A DNA stretch of 62,185 nucleotides, filler included, from Vezdaea acicularis (lineage: Eukaryota): assembly GCA_026025075.1 (NCBI GenBank). It is 5 parts of 5 records of this genome, joined end to end, with 100 filler letters (N's around TTAATTAATTAA, not from the genome) between each part and the next. Parts side by side here need not be neighbours in the genome. Positions count along the whole stretch, not along the records: positions 25,543 to 37,745 come from JAPEUI010000245.1; 4 more parts are not named here. One strand, given 5' to 3'. Below the pieces are notes generated by a model that was not told the DNA's origin, ran no database searches, and worked only from the letters and a program-made list of their open reading frames with translations. Position numbers and translations under genes: made by a program. Below, piece by piece: positions 25,543-37,163 of this stretch (positions within the stretch are counted from its first letter, which is position 1; the number at the start of each line of letters is the position of its first letter).

Positions 25543-26772
25543 AAAATACCCCTGCTTATTGAAAGCACTTAGGCCGTCTTGAGCTTAGACCCGCTTCCTG
25601 ACGGCCAATAGAATTGTTCGATAAACACATCCCGGCCGTGATGCTGGCAATGTCGGGTGTGACAGCCTAGTTGGGCCTAAGTGCTTTCAATAACGACGAA
25701 ATACCCCTGCTTATTGAAAGCACTTAGGCCGTCTTGAGCTTAGACCCGTTTTCTGACGGCCAATGAAATTGTTCGATAAACACATCCTGGCCGTGATGCT
25801 AGCGGTGTCGGGTGTGACAGCCTAATCGGGCCTAAGTGCTTTCAACAACGACGAAATACCCCTGCTTATTGAAAGCACTTAGGCCGTCTTGAGCTTAGAC
25901 CCGCTTCCTGACGGCCAATAGAATTGTTCGATAAACACATCCCGGCCGTGATGCTGGCAATGTCGGATGTGACAGCCTAATTGGGCCTAAGTGCTTTCAA
26001 TAACGACGAAATACCTCTGCTTATTGAAAGCACTTAGGCCGTCTTGAGCTTAGACCCGTTTTCTGACGGCCAATAAAATTGTTCGATAAACACATCCTGG
26101 CCGTGATGCTAGCGGTGTCGGGTGTGACAGCCTAATCGGGCCTAAGTGCTTTCAACAACGACGAAATACCCCTGCTTATTGAAAGCACTTAGGCCGTCTT
26201 GAGCTTAGACCCGTTTTCTGACGGCCAATGAAATTGTTCGATAAACACATCCTGGCCGTGATGCTAGCGGTGTTGGGTGTGACAGCCTAATCGGGCCTAA
26301 GTGCTTTCAACAACGACAAAATACCCCTGCTTATTGAAAGCACTTAGGCCGTCTTGAGCTTAGACCCGTTTTCTGACGGCCAATAGAATTGTTCGATAAA
26401 CACATGCTGGCCGTGATGCTGGCAATGTCGGATGTGACAGCCTAATTGGGCCTAAGTGCTTTCAACAACAACAAAATACCCCTGCTTATTGAAAGCACTT
26501 AGGCCGTCTTGAGCTTAGACCCGTTTCTTGACGGCCAATAGAATTGTTCGATAAACACATCCTGGCCGTGATGCTGGCAATGTGGGGTGTGACAGCCTAA
26601 TCGGGCCTAAGTGCTTTCAATAAGCAGGGGTATTTCGTCGTTGTTGAAAGCACTTAGGCCATCTTGAGCTTAGTCCCGTTTCTTGACGGCCAATAGAAAT
26701 GTTCGATAAAGACATTTGGGCTTTGAGGCTGAAAATGTTATTTGTGACAGCCTAATTGGGCCTAAGTGCTTT
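25543..26772. repeat. 155-bp tandem array: 7 near-identical units plus 1 degenerate unit, running off the contig start; palindromic junctions
   Basis: Units start (AAATACC) at 25544, 25699, 25854, 26009, 26164, 26319 and 26474; the arms GGCCTAAGTGCTTTCAA / TTGAAAGCACTTAGGCC are reverse complements. Confidence 0.96.
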
Positions 26773-26894
26773 TTAGATCGAGGGAGTAGAAATAAATAAA
26801 TTAAAAGCTATGCCGACAAACTTTAAGTGTTAAGGCAAAGATCAATGATCAGTAACTCAGAATCAATTTCAGAAAGCCTAAAGGGTAAAAATAG

Positions 26895-27800
26895 TTCGCA
26901 GATCAAAGATTGATGTCTCGAAATCAATTCCAAAGGATCATCAGATTGAGAATCGTCAAATCCGTGATCGATGACGCGAAACCGATGCCGGAAGACCAGG
27001 AGGGCTGGAATTGGCAGATTCCTGAAAGACGACTCGGAATCTATTTCAAAAGGCCAAGCGGGTAAAAATCGACAAGTCAAAACCAATGCCGGAAGATCAA
27101 GAGGGTCGAAACTGGCAGATCAAGAGCTGATCCCAAGAGTTGATGTCTCAAGATCGATTCCAGAGGATCATCAGATTGAGAATCGTCAAATCCATGATCG
27201 ATGACGCGAAACCGATGCCGGAAGACCAGGAGGGCTGGAATTGGCAGATTCCTGAAAGACGACTCGGAATCTATTTCAAAAGGCCAAGCGGGTAAAAATC
27301 GACAAGTCAAAACCAATGCCGGAAGATCAAGAGGGTCGAAACTGGCAGATCAAGAGCTGATCTCAAGAGTTGATGTCTCAAGATCGATTCCAGAGGATCA
27401 TCAGATTGAGAATCGATAAATCCGTGATCGATGACACAAAACTGATGCCACAAGATCAGAAGGGCCAAAATTGGCAGGTTCATCATGGATGACTCGGAAT
27501 CTATTTCAAAAGGTCAAGAGGGTAAAGATCAACAAGTCAAAACCAATGCCGGATGATCCAGAGGGTAAAAACTGGCAGATCAAAAAAGTTGATGTCAAGA
27601 GTTGATGTATCAAGATCGATTTCAGAGGATCAACAGATTGAGAATCGACAAATCCGTGATTGATGACGCAAAACTGATGCCAGAGGACTTGAAGATTCAA
27701 AATTGGCAATTCTTCACTCAATGTCTGGAAACTGCTGCCAGAACATTGAATCTATCAAAATTGACAGATTGAAATCCATTCCACGATGATGACCACGCAA
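26895..27800. repeat. 230-bp tandem array, about 3.5-4 copies, with an internal ~40-nt sub-repeat
   Basis: ATGAC(G/A)C(G/A)AAAC recurs at 26971, 27201, 27431 and about 27662; duplicated ORF fragments appear in the ORF track. Confidence 0.9.
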
Positions 27801-27808
27801 AACATCGA

Positions 27809-30800
27809 TCAGTTTTCTCTGGTTCTTTCCAGTTGATTTTTGAATTCTAAAGCTAGATTTAGCTTGGTGTCTATGCCAAATTGTATTGGATTTTTGATTA
27901 ATCCGGAGTCTTCAGAATGAATGTCACCTTCAGTCAAAAGAAGAAGCTGATCTGCTCTCGTCAGTTGTTCATGAATTTCTTGCCAATGTGGATTTGATCC
28001 AGTACTAAGACGGCTCTCCTGCTGGACTGATTGCTCCAAAGCTTCAAACATTCCAAAATACAGTGGATTCAGCTGCGGGATAACCCAGTTGGTCCGAGAC
28101 AATGTTTCCATCTCTTGCAGCATTTCAAAAGTCTTGGGCGCATTGTGCTTTGAAGCTGTTCGTATGACAGAGAGTTTGTCAATATTGTACTGCGGTATGA
28201 TCCACATCTTTTGGCAAGCGTGAAGATTGATCACTTTTTCAAAGCTTTTTGATGTCTTTGGTCCTAGCACATCTTTGACAATATGTCGAAGCCGGCGTTT
28301 CCATTCTCGAAATGGGCTGTGTTCCCATCCACGTTTTTTGACTGCGCCAGGCATGTTATCATCTAAACCAAACAGTCCAGCAATGCGGCCAATCCAGGTA
28401 CCAGTATTGTATTGATCCAAAAGGCTCACACCACGACGGGCGGCTTTTTTAACTAGGATCAGATGCGGCGGCATCTCCAGAAGTCTTGTTAAAAGATCAT
28501 AGCTAAATCCCTCTAGGCCTTTAGACTGTATTGCATCAAAGCGTTCTTGGACTATGTCTATTCTTGGATCCAATTCCTTGGAACGTTGACGCAGAATATC
28601 AAGGATCTCCAGTTGATAGGATTGAATGATCAATTCAGCTCCTAGTTGAAATACCCATTTGCGCGCATGAGGATCCAAGCTCTCCTTAGGAAAAGTCAGT
28701 GACCGCTGCAACCATTCCCGAAAAAGCGCCAACTCTCGATGTTCTTGCTGAAGAAGATTCTGAATCCTCAAGGTTTGGTTTCTTTGTCTACCAAATCCAT
28801 TGATTGCTAGTCCTAGTCGAGGAATGATATCTGGCTTGAACATTGGAAGACCTTCCCATAGGATTAAATCTGAGGGCAACTAAGCTAAACCAGTCTGTTC
28901 TAAACTTTTGCAATAATCCAGCCCTAGACGTGTTGAAACTTCATTCAATTCTTCATTCTCATCTAATTCACTTTCATTTTCTTCCAAAAGTGATTTGACT
29001 TTCCAATCATGCAACCATATAGATCTTTGCAGCAATTTTTGTACATTTCCCAAGTTGGAATGCAATGTTCTGATGATAGCGCTAACCATCACACCATTGA
29101 TCATCTGTTGCTCTGCAGATGCAGGAGAAAGTCCAATGGGCCCTGGATTAACTTGACAGATCAATGCTTCTAGACACATCAACCATCGATTGATGTCATA
29201 TCCAATATATGTATTGACATCTTTGGTTCGAAATACATAATAGGGCCGATGTCGATATGGATCGTTGCTTGCTGCGTCATTTAAAGCAGCATCTAACTGT
29301 AGGCGGGAAAAACGTTCAAGAGTCATTCGATATTCTTGCCGTACACCAAAGCAGGTATCAATGGTAGAACATATCGCTTGATTTACCCGTTGTTTAGCAT
29401 GTTGATATATCTTTAGCAGATGCTGGCGTTTGTCTAGATGGGAGGTTTGCCTGCCCCGATAGCTCAACCCATACCAACGGTTGAGCAGGTCTTGATCATA
29501 TGCTAATCCTTCCAGCTGCTGATGATCAAATGGAACCAATCCTTTTACTGGAGTAGTAAAGAGATCTTTATGAAGGCTATAAGCTTTGTTAAAAGCAATT
29601 CCGCCTTTGGCATGCCATTTGTTTGTTGGCAATATTTCAGCACGAGTTGACATGATATCTCGAGTTAATGCCCAAGGAAACTCTTGAGTGCGAAGAAGTG
29701 ATGATCTTTGATCCACAGCTTGAAATTGAATATTCCAGCTGGCACAACATTTGGATTTTCGCAAAAGAGTTACTGCTTCATTCTGAAATGGTTCTGGAGT
29801 GTCTTCCAGTCCTAAATCTACCCAACATTTTTGTGCAGGCATATACCGTTCATTGGCATGAAAACATTGCCGAAGATGACGGAAATAATCTTGTCGAACC
29901 TGTTGAGGATCCAGCTTCTTGGTAAAGAGCTTTAGATTGTGCCCTTGCACAATCAAAAACACCTCCCGGAAAATGGCAAATCTAGGGCTGTTGCATTTCT
30001 GCAAGACAAGATTCCAAAAACAATCCAAATACTCCTCAGGAATGCAAGATCGAAGATCTATTGGCTGTTGCACACCGGTAGGATGCCACTCTTGTTTGGC
30101 GGTTGCTTTGATTTTAACTTCTGCAAAACTTCGAGGATGATGTTGCAGAATATCATCTGGACAACTTTCGCGCAAGGACGGAATGATAATGTTGTCAATC
30201 CATTCCTCCTGTTGTACATCTGTCAAATGAGTTCCATCCCGATGAAGAACAGGCATATGAGGAAAGAAAACATGGCACTGATAATTGAATCCGGCAGAGG
30301 CAAGTCCATGTCCTAACCTTTGGTTTTTTATCTGATGCAGGCGTTTTCCTTGAAATATTACATAGGGATTTTGGGTCACACGTCGCAAGTATGGAGGCCG
30401 ATAGGCTAGATCAAATCCATCCCGATGTACGCCCAAACTGGTAACCTCTGCTATCAAGCTGTCTACATCCCAACGTCGAGATATTTGGAGAGAAGATTCT
30501 TGAATAGGGATACCAGACTCTATTTCCGAACAGGCAACATTTAAACTTGGAGGAATTCCATCTTCCCCCGCTAACAATGCTTTCCAAGCAATGTTCCGAT
30601 AGTCTCCGTGTCTTCCATCTCTTGGTAACAGATTTTCATAATTTATAGGAAAGGTATTGGAGTGACTGGGACTGTCTCTTCTTGGCATATGCCTATTCCA
30701 ATATTGACACATTTCCTTAAATCCCAAGCTTGATTCGTCTGATAAGTTTGTTCCTGCATTGCAAAAACAAGTGGTGCTTCAGGATTTTTGCAGTCGTTCA

Positions 30801-31450
30801 TCAATCTCATGATCCAATCCTAAAGCATCGTCTGAATTTGTTTCACTCAATGTCAAAGATTGAGTGTCTGCAATATCATCGTCTCTTTCCAAGACATTAG
30901 TTGCTATACTGGAAGAGATATTTGAGCTATCCAAAAGCTCTAAAGATTGTCTGAAGGCATCCAGCTCAAGTCCGGCCTCATCAGCAACATCTAATTGGCC
31001 TTGAACAGTTGATGGTTCCTGATTTGATGCAAATGATAGATTGAGAAGTTCATTAGATTCCGAATTAAGTCCATCTGAAGTAGTTGAATGAAAATCTAGT
31101 AGAATATTTAAGTCAATATCGGATTCTTCATGTGCTTCTGCCGGCAAAAGAGGATGATCTGTTTCTGGATTAGACTCAACATCAAGTTGAGCATCAGCAA
31201 AAAGATTGGCAAGTCCATCGAAAGGCTCATTCTGTTCGCTTGCAGCATGCAAAACTGGTGAGGAAATTGATGGAGCCAAAACAGCTGAAATAGATGATGA
31301 CGTGGATTCTGGTAAGACGCTCAGTGGTGTTGATGAATAGGACTGATTCAAGGATCTAAGTTGATAACGGTTTTGCCGTGCTTGTTGAGCCTGCAGCTTT
31401 TCTGCTTGAGTCTTTGCTTTTCGCCCCATGATTTTGATGGGAGACATCAA
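27809..31450 (-). pseudogene. Single ~1200-codon intronless reading frame of unknown function with two in-frame stops (TGA 30779-30781, TAG 28880-28882); probably mobile-element associated
   Basis: ORFs 30779-31450, 28880-30727 and 27809-28879 are in the same frame and read through as ...LQKS*STTCFC... and ...TGLA*LPSDLILW...; AT-richer than the host genes. Confidence 0.7.
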
Positions 31451-31528
31451 ACGCTATGGCGGATGCGTTGATATTTATTAACATGGTAGGAAGGCCACCT
31501 ATGGCTTGTAGTGGCGTGTCTATAATGA

Positions 31529-31858
31529 CCAATCATAAGTAGAATAAACCGTCAAGCGTGATATGAAAACTGCCTATTCCATTTTTGTTAGGTCTGGTTT
31601 AATGGAACTAACCAATTGCTGATTGATTCAGCTTAAGCGAGATTAACACAAGCAATTTTCATACATGCGCGATTTCTTTTATCCAATGATTCAATGACAC
31701 GGCAGGTTATCAGAAGTTGTATGGTCGCTACCATAGATAGAGCACACTAAAAATTGAAGTGTAACCAATGAGATGAGAAATAAACCGTCAAGCGCCATTA
31801 GTCCTTGACGCCAAGCGAAACGAAAGCGCGCTTGACGGTTTATTCATCGCTTGATAGG
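31529..31858. promoter_or_regulatory. Three copies of CCWAT-N9-AATAAACCGTCAAGCG (two direct, one inverted) upstream of the long ORF
   Basis: 16-mer at 31543-31558 (+), 31779-31794 (+) and 31829-31844 (-), each preceded by CCAAT or CCTAT with a 9-nt gap. Function is inferred. Confidence 0.6.
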
Positions 31859-32942
31859 CTGCGTTGCATTAGAGGCGCATACTAATGCTCGCTTATGCAC
31901 AAATAACCAATTAGCATCTATGCCGTCCCTCCACTACAACCACGCCATCCCGGTATGCAACCATCTTCTAGGCCGTCTGGCTGCTGGAAGAAATTCCCAT
32001 AATCCTAATCGTGTCACATCATCAATGCTAACTCTAGATGTCGACACAGATGATTTTTTTACGCTAAGTCTGTTGTCGAATCGTATAAAGAAGTTCGTGA
32101 GCGGCACGGATATTTGGGCGTGACCTGCCAAGACCGTAACGCAAGGAATCAACTAAGACCACAAACATTCACCATTGCTATTGTGCTCATAGAAAGCTTT
32201 CGTCTTGTTTCCGCTCAAGCCAGGGCCGTAGCTTCTCGCGATGCCATTTTACTTCTTGTTGTCGCTCTTTATGCTTTTGCTGTTGCTTGGCCTCTTATCA
32301 TAGTTGCTCTTGCTGCCGTTCAAAGCCGAGCGTTCTTTATTGCAGGCGCCATGACTACAACAGGCTAGAGGGCTTGTGCAAATTTACTCCTCCGATGTTG
32401 CTTACGCATGGTTAAATCTTTCTTAGCCCCTATTTGCATTTGTGACCACATCCGTCGAGCATCTTAGACATGCTTGGGTTCAGCCTGATGCTCCTCGGAA
32501 GAATCCACTTAGGCAACGCCGCCCCCAACTTTAAGACGAAGCAGTCCTATTAGTTACAAATTGGATCTATCATGTAGCTTGAAGGGTGGCAGGGCCGCAT
32601 CTCAAGTCAAGTCAGGCTCAGGGTTAATAACATGGAACTCGAAGTATATCTGGTAATTGGCGCAGTTTCGACAGTATCCTCCAAGTTTGAACATCACCAA
32701 GTCATACGGCTCGAATCATGGAGTCTCTAGCCATGGTGGTAGCGCTTTTTCAGATCCCCACGTTAAGGAGTCGGGCCCCTGGTCCTCGCAACGATCAAGG
32801 GATGTTGTATAAATTAGACAAAGGCCTCGGAAGAGCTCACGGTATAGTTTCAATCGATAGTCATTCCATTAGATAAATTTTACAACACTATAATCCCTGC
32901 GTGCGCTCCAAGCAATTAAACCCTCATCAAAACACCCTTTCC

Positions 32943-35191
32943 TCATATAAGGATAGACACTGCGGTTGCATTGGGGTCTAATACATCATAGGCAACCGTC
33001 TTATCGTCCATTTCGTCACTTGTCTTTTTGAACAGCTCTTTAAGCACTTTGAGATCTTCATACAGTTTACTCGCTGCTGCTGTAATAGCTGGAGTATCCT
33101 TTTTCTTGTAGAGGTTCCAAAGAGAAGCTGCGTAGTTTATCAAATTCTGGTCCTCAGCCACGCGAAAGCTGAGTAGATGTGGAAGATGTGAAGAGAGAAG
33201 CCATTCACGGGGCCGGTTCACCGGGAGTGCTCGCAATACGTCATCTTCTTTGTACCGTAGTAATTCTGCTAGAGTTTTTGGTGGTGGAGCGAATAAACTT
33301 GCAGGTCTGTTGATCACGAATGATTGATAGTACTCTTGTAGATAATTAACGGCGGTGTGCTGCGGGGAGGCGATATGGATGCACATGGTGATTGCGTCGA
33401 CTAAGTCCTTGATAGTATTGATGAAGGGAAACGATTTCATGTTTCCTCCTGTCTCGCTGCGCATCTCTTGTACCCAATCCTTGATATACTGGTCATTGGC
33501 CACCTGATCATCACTTGTGTAATGGACGGCGAGCATCGAAGAGACAAATGTCGAAAGTACGCGCCACAAAAGAATCATATTTTTTCCATATGCGTAATTA
33601 TGTCCTTTCTGACCCGTTAAGTCATTAATAGGGAATCCACGCCTTGGTAGATCATTTGGAATATAATTCTCGGTCCAATTGAAGCGAGCATAGGCATCAT
33701 TTACAAAAGCGTATGTCTGGTCCGATGTAAATCCTACGAGGTCAACTATCACGTTAGGGACCAGGATGAATCGTGCGGCAGCATTGAGTGAAAGCGTCTT
33801 GAACCAGTGTGGTTCTAGCAAGCGGAAAATTGGATGGTCGGTTGGAAATGCGCGATGAGCAGCAACGATGGTAACTTCTTCGACGAAGTGTGCATTGACA
33901 AGATGGACCGCAATCTCATGGCGTGTCCAGTCAGCAACTTGAGCGCATGTCTTCGCGTACCGCCAGGGCCAGTCCGTTGCTTCGGGATCGCTTGCGCGGG
34001 CCAATACTGAGCTGCGCGGTTGCAAAGTTTTATTGAATATTACGACTGAGTTGTTCATAGTTCTCTTATAATCGATCACTATTGCCAATGGGTGAAGTTT
34101 TCCGTTGGCATTCAACTGAAAGAGACTGACAGCAGCGCATGCGTAGCGTGTTCCGTCGTCTGACTTCATGAGATAGTCCGGGGCAACGTTAATGGCGTCG
34201 CGAAAGTAGCTGTAATCCTGAATGTAAAGAGACTTAGGATCGGCGGACGTGAGAAGACTCAACACTCTCTTATTAGACTGTGCAGCTGCAGCATCTTTGA
34301 ACTGCTTGACCCATTCTATTGGTGCAACTGTGATTGTAGCTGGGTTTGCACCAGTAAACTGTTGTTGGGCGAATACTGCGTCGGTGTACCAATCCACTCG
34401 ATCGCCAATATTCGGATCAACGTAAATGTCCTTTTTTTCGCGGCGGTACTCCTTGTCGATCTGTTCAATTTGAGCGATGGAGGTCGCGTCTTCCGGCTTT
34501 CCGTGTAAGAAATCGGTAATGAACGTGGGAACGATTTGTGGGATGAGAGTCGCCGTATCAGCCAGACGCATGACGTTGAAGATATCCCATAGGGGAACGA
34601 AGTCTGCAGGCGGGATCAGATTGAGATGTGGCGGATATTTGTCACTTCCTGGCACTTGAAATCTATAGAGGATCTTCTTCGTCTCATGATCGATTAGTTG
34701 TGGAATGGTGGGCTCTAGGTTGGCCACGTCAAAGAACGAGGCAAATCTAATCGTGCAAGTTAGCCCAAGCTTATTTCAACTTTGCTGTAATTAGGCTCGT
34801 AGGAATACGCTAATGACAGTGAAGCTGATGTATAGGATTACTCATCTACACACCTATTTTCGATACGGTCGAACATTTCTGTCAATGCCAGCTGCGTTCC
34901 ATGGTACGTACCTTCCTCTATAAGATTCCTATTATCGACGGGTGGTGTCAAGCTCTCTGGGTTTCCATCGGTGGCTTTGCTCAATGATAACTGTCGGGGG
35001 TAAAGAGCTAGGTTGTTGAGTTCCGACGTGAAGATGCCTTTATCCCATTGCTTAAGATTGATTTTATCCACCGTGGGGGGTAATTTTGGTTGCGGCTCCA
35101 ACAATTGCTGGCTCAGTACGTTCAGTATGGTGCTTGGTATATTGAAAACGGCGCCCACCAGCCTGTGGGCAGTGTTCAGTATCCCGAACAT
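32943..35191 (-). CDS. Lipoxygenase, Fe-LOX type, about 713 aa; exons 35191-34854 and 34746-32943
   Basis: WRYAKTC, HEIAVHLVNAH (hexamer His ligands), QHTAVN, C-terminal SILI with a terminal Ile; no evident signal peptide. Confidence 0.92.
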
Positions 35192-36559
35192 GATTGTTAG
35201 CCAAACGACGTGGTACTCTGGCACAAAGATGGAGTAACAGAGTGTGATATGCCACAGTCCAAATCTACGCTGATAAGCGTCGAATGAATCCCATTCTCAT
35301 GGCCCGGAGGGATCTGGGAGGTTTTAACATCATTTGGGCAGACAAGCCTGTGTCAGCGGCAGTCAGTCAGCCTGCCATATGTGTGAGCTGAAAAAGGGTC
35401 TCGACCGCTAAAAAAGAGGTAAGCTCGATCCGATGCATAGAGGGCAATGCGAGCTGAAAAGCATTCGAAGGGTTCTTGGTCGTATTGGTGAAAGCATGCA
35501 TTGGGGCCCTGCCGCATTCCGTTCTTTGTATTGGTCGTTCGTGCATGGTCCTTGTTGCCCTGCTTCGTTCAAGGAGCACATGTTCAGCACGAGGGCGGTA
35601 TTTACCGTTCTGACGGAAAAGGCTTTCAGCCCTCACCTGTAACTGTCAAGTGCCTCGGCAGTACCAGCGAGTAATTGAGAATGCGGTTCCCATAGAAGAG
35701 TTGAAGCTACCAGGTAGAGCTCCCTGCCTTGGTCACGGAGAACTTGAAGGTCGACTCCTATTCGAAGACAACGACAGGACCAAAGGGTGGGGTTCTAGTG
35801 TCATTGGGTCGCTCCATTAAACTTTCTCAGGGAAAATCGTTCCTCTGTAAGCTTAGCGAGGTACCTGACCCCTTAAATTGTATGGGGGATACTTCGCACA
35901 CCAAACAAATCCCCGCCACTTACTTGGCCGTGCAGAGTGCGGTTTTTTCTGGCACTCGCGTAGGGCCTCATTGATCGCAGAGCTCGTGCGTCGGTAACAT
36001 CTTGGATCAAAGGCCAATCAAGAGTATCCACTGCAGAGCTTTTGTTGGGCTAGGGACCGCAGACCGATGGTGCCTTCATTTAGGCATTATCAACTCATAA
36101 ACGCGCGTTCTTCACATGCGGGGCGTAAATGCTGGAGAGACGCTGACAGTTGTGTGGAGCTAGTGGAGTGGAATGGAACCTGGAATGGCGCTCGGACTCG
36201 ACACCATCACAAAGGTCATTCTGCAGCTAAGACGTCGTGGCGCACTTAGTGGACAGCTGGAGGTTCTGACCTATGATTTTTCGGACGTTTCGATGCGAGT
36301 TCAGCAAGCTAACCAGTGAGCTACCACTTTTACCAAACTTGCCCAAAATTTGGTGCTGGCTGCGCAGTAACAGGTCGCTACCACAAAAAGAAGGCTGCGA
36401 ACCGCGGCCATTGGACCAGGGGCCAGATTTTCTCAAATTATACGCATTGGATGGTTTTCTAAGCGATTTCTTACTTGACCAAGTGTGAGGCGCGAGCGTA
36501 TAGGCAGGCAACAGACTAGTCTCACTTTGGATGGCCGCATGCAATACGCATGCAAGTCG

Positions 36560-37163
36560 CAGGCAATAGTAGATAGTAGATAGTAGTCAATTGATGTCTC
36601 TTAAGATTAATACAATTGAATACTAAGGAGCTATTCTACAGTGCTTTCTTGCTTTCCTATTACAAGAATGTGGTGGCATTCATTTAGGGTGCGGCAGCGT
36701 GTTTTAGACAGCTGTTTTTGCTTAGACACCGGCGGCGCTCAGAGGGCATTTAGTCAGCGCACTTCTGACATATATATTGAGCTGGTTTTGCTAGAAACTT
36801 GGCATCAAATAGTTTTGGCTTACAGCTAGTTATTAGAATCTATTCATGTAATTGTAATTAACCTATTATATTGCTATATTTCTATTTTTCTATAGCTCAG
36901 TAATATTGTTAGCTATTGCTGGCAACCTACTTATTCTTATAACTTCTTTAACATGCAATAGCACTGCAGGCAAATAGCAAACAACATTTGGCCTACCATG
37001 CTTTTAGAATCAGAAGCAACTATTGTGTCTGTCTTTACATTAGCTTACACGTTTATAGATTTTTGCCTTCTAATAAAGCATTGATTTATCTTTTTACATT
37101 AGAATTAAATTATTTTTGAAAAAAGAATCAACACAAAAAGTATAAATGTAAAGACAAGCACAA
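36560..37163. other. AT-rich, TpA-rich degenerate region, probably a RIP-mutated repeat remnant
   Basis: Abrupt AT enrichment with many TA dinucleotides and stop codons; abuts an LTR-like element. Confidence 0.5.

Noticed and set aside
25543..26772. CRISPR array (palindromic repeats at regular spacing)
   Set aside because: The intervening sequences are near-identical rather than unique spacers; no cas genes; eukaryotic context.
25320..26772. 155-bp array as the subtelomeric repeat of the adjacent telomere
   Set aside because: Separated by an artificial linker, and it lies on the distal side of the telomere.
26823..27721. Duplicated short ORFs in the 230-bp array
   Set aside because: The period is not a multiple of 3, so these are repeat-derived ORFs with no protein signature.
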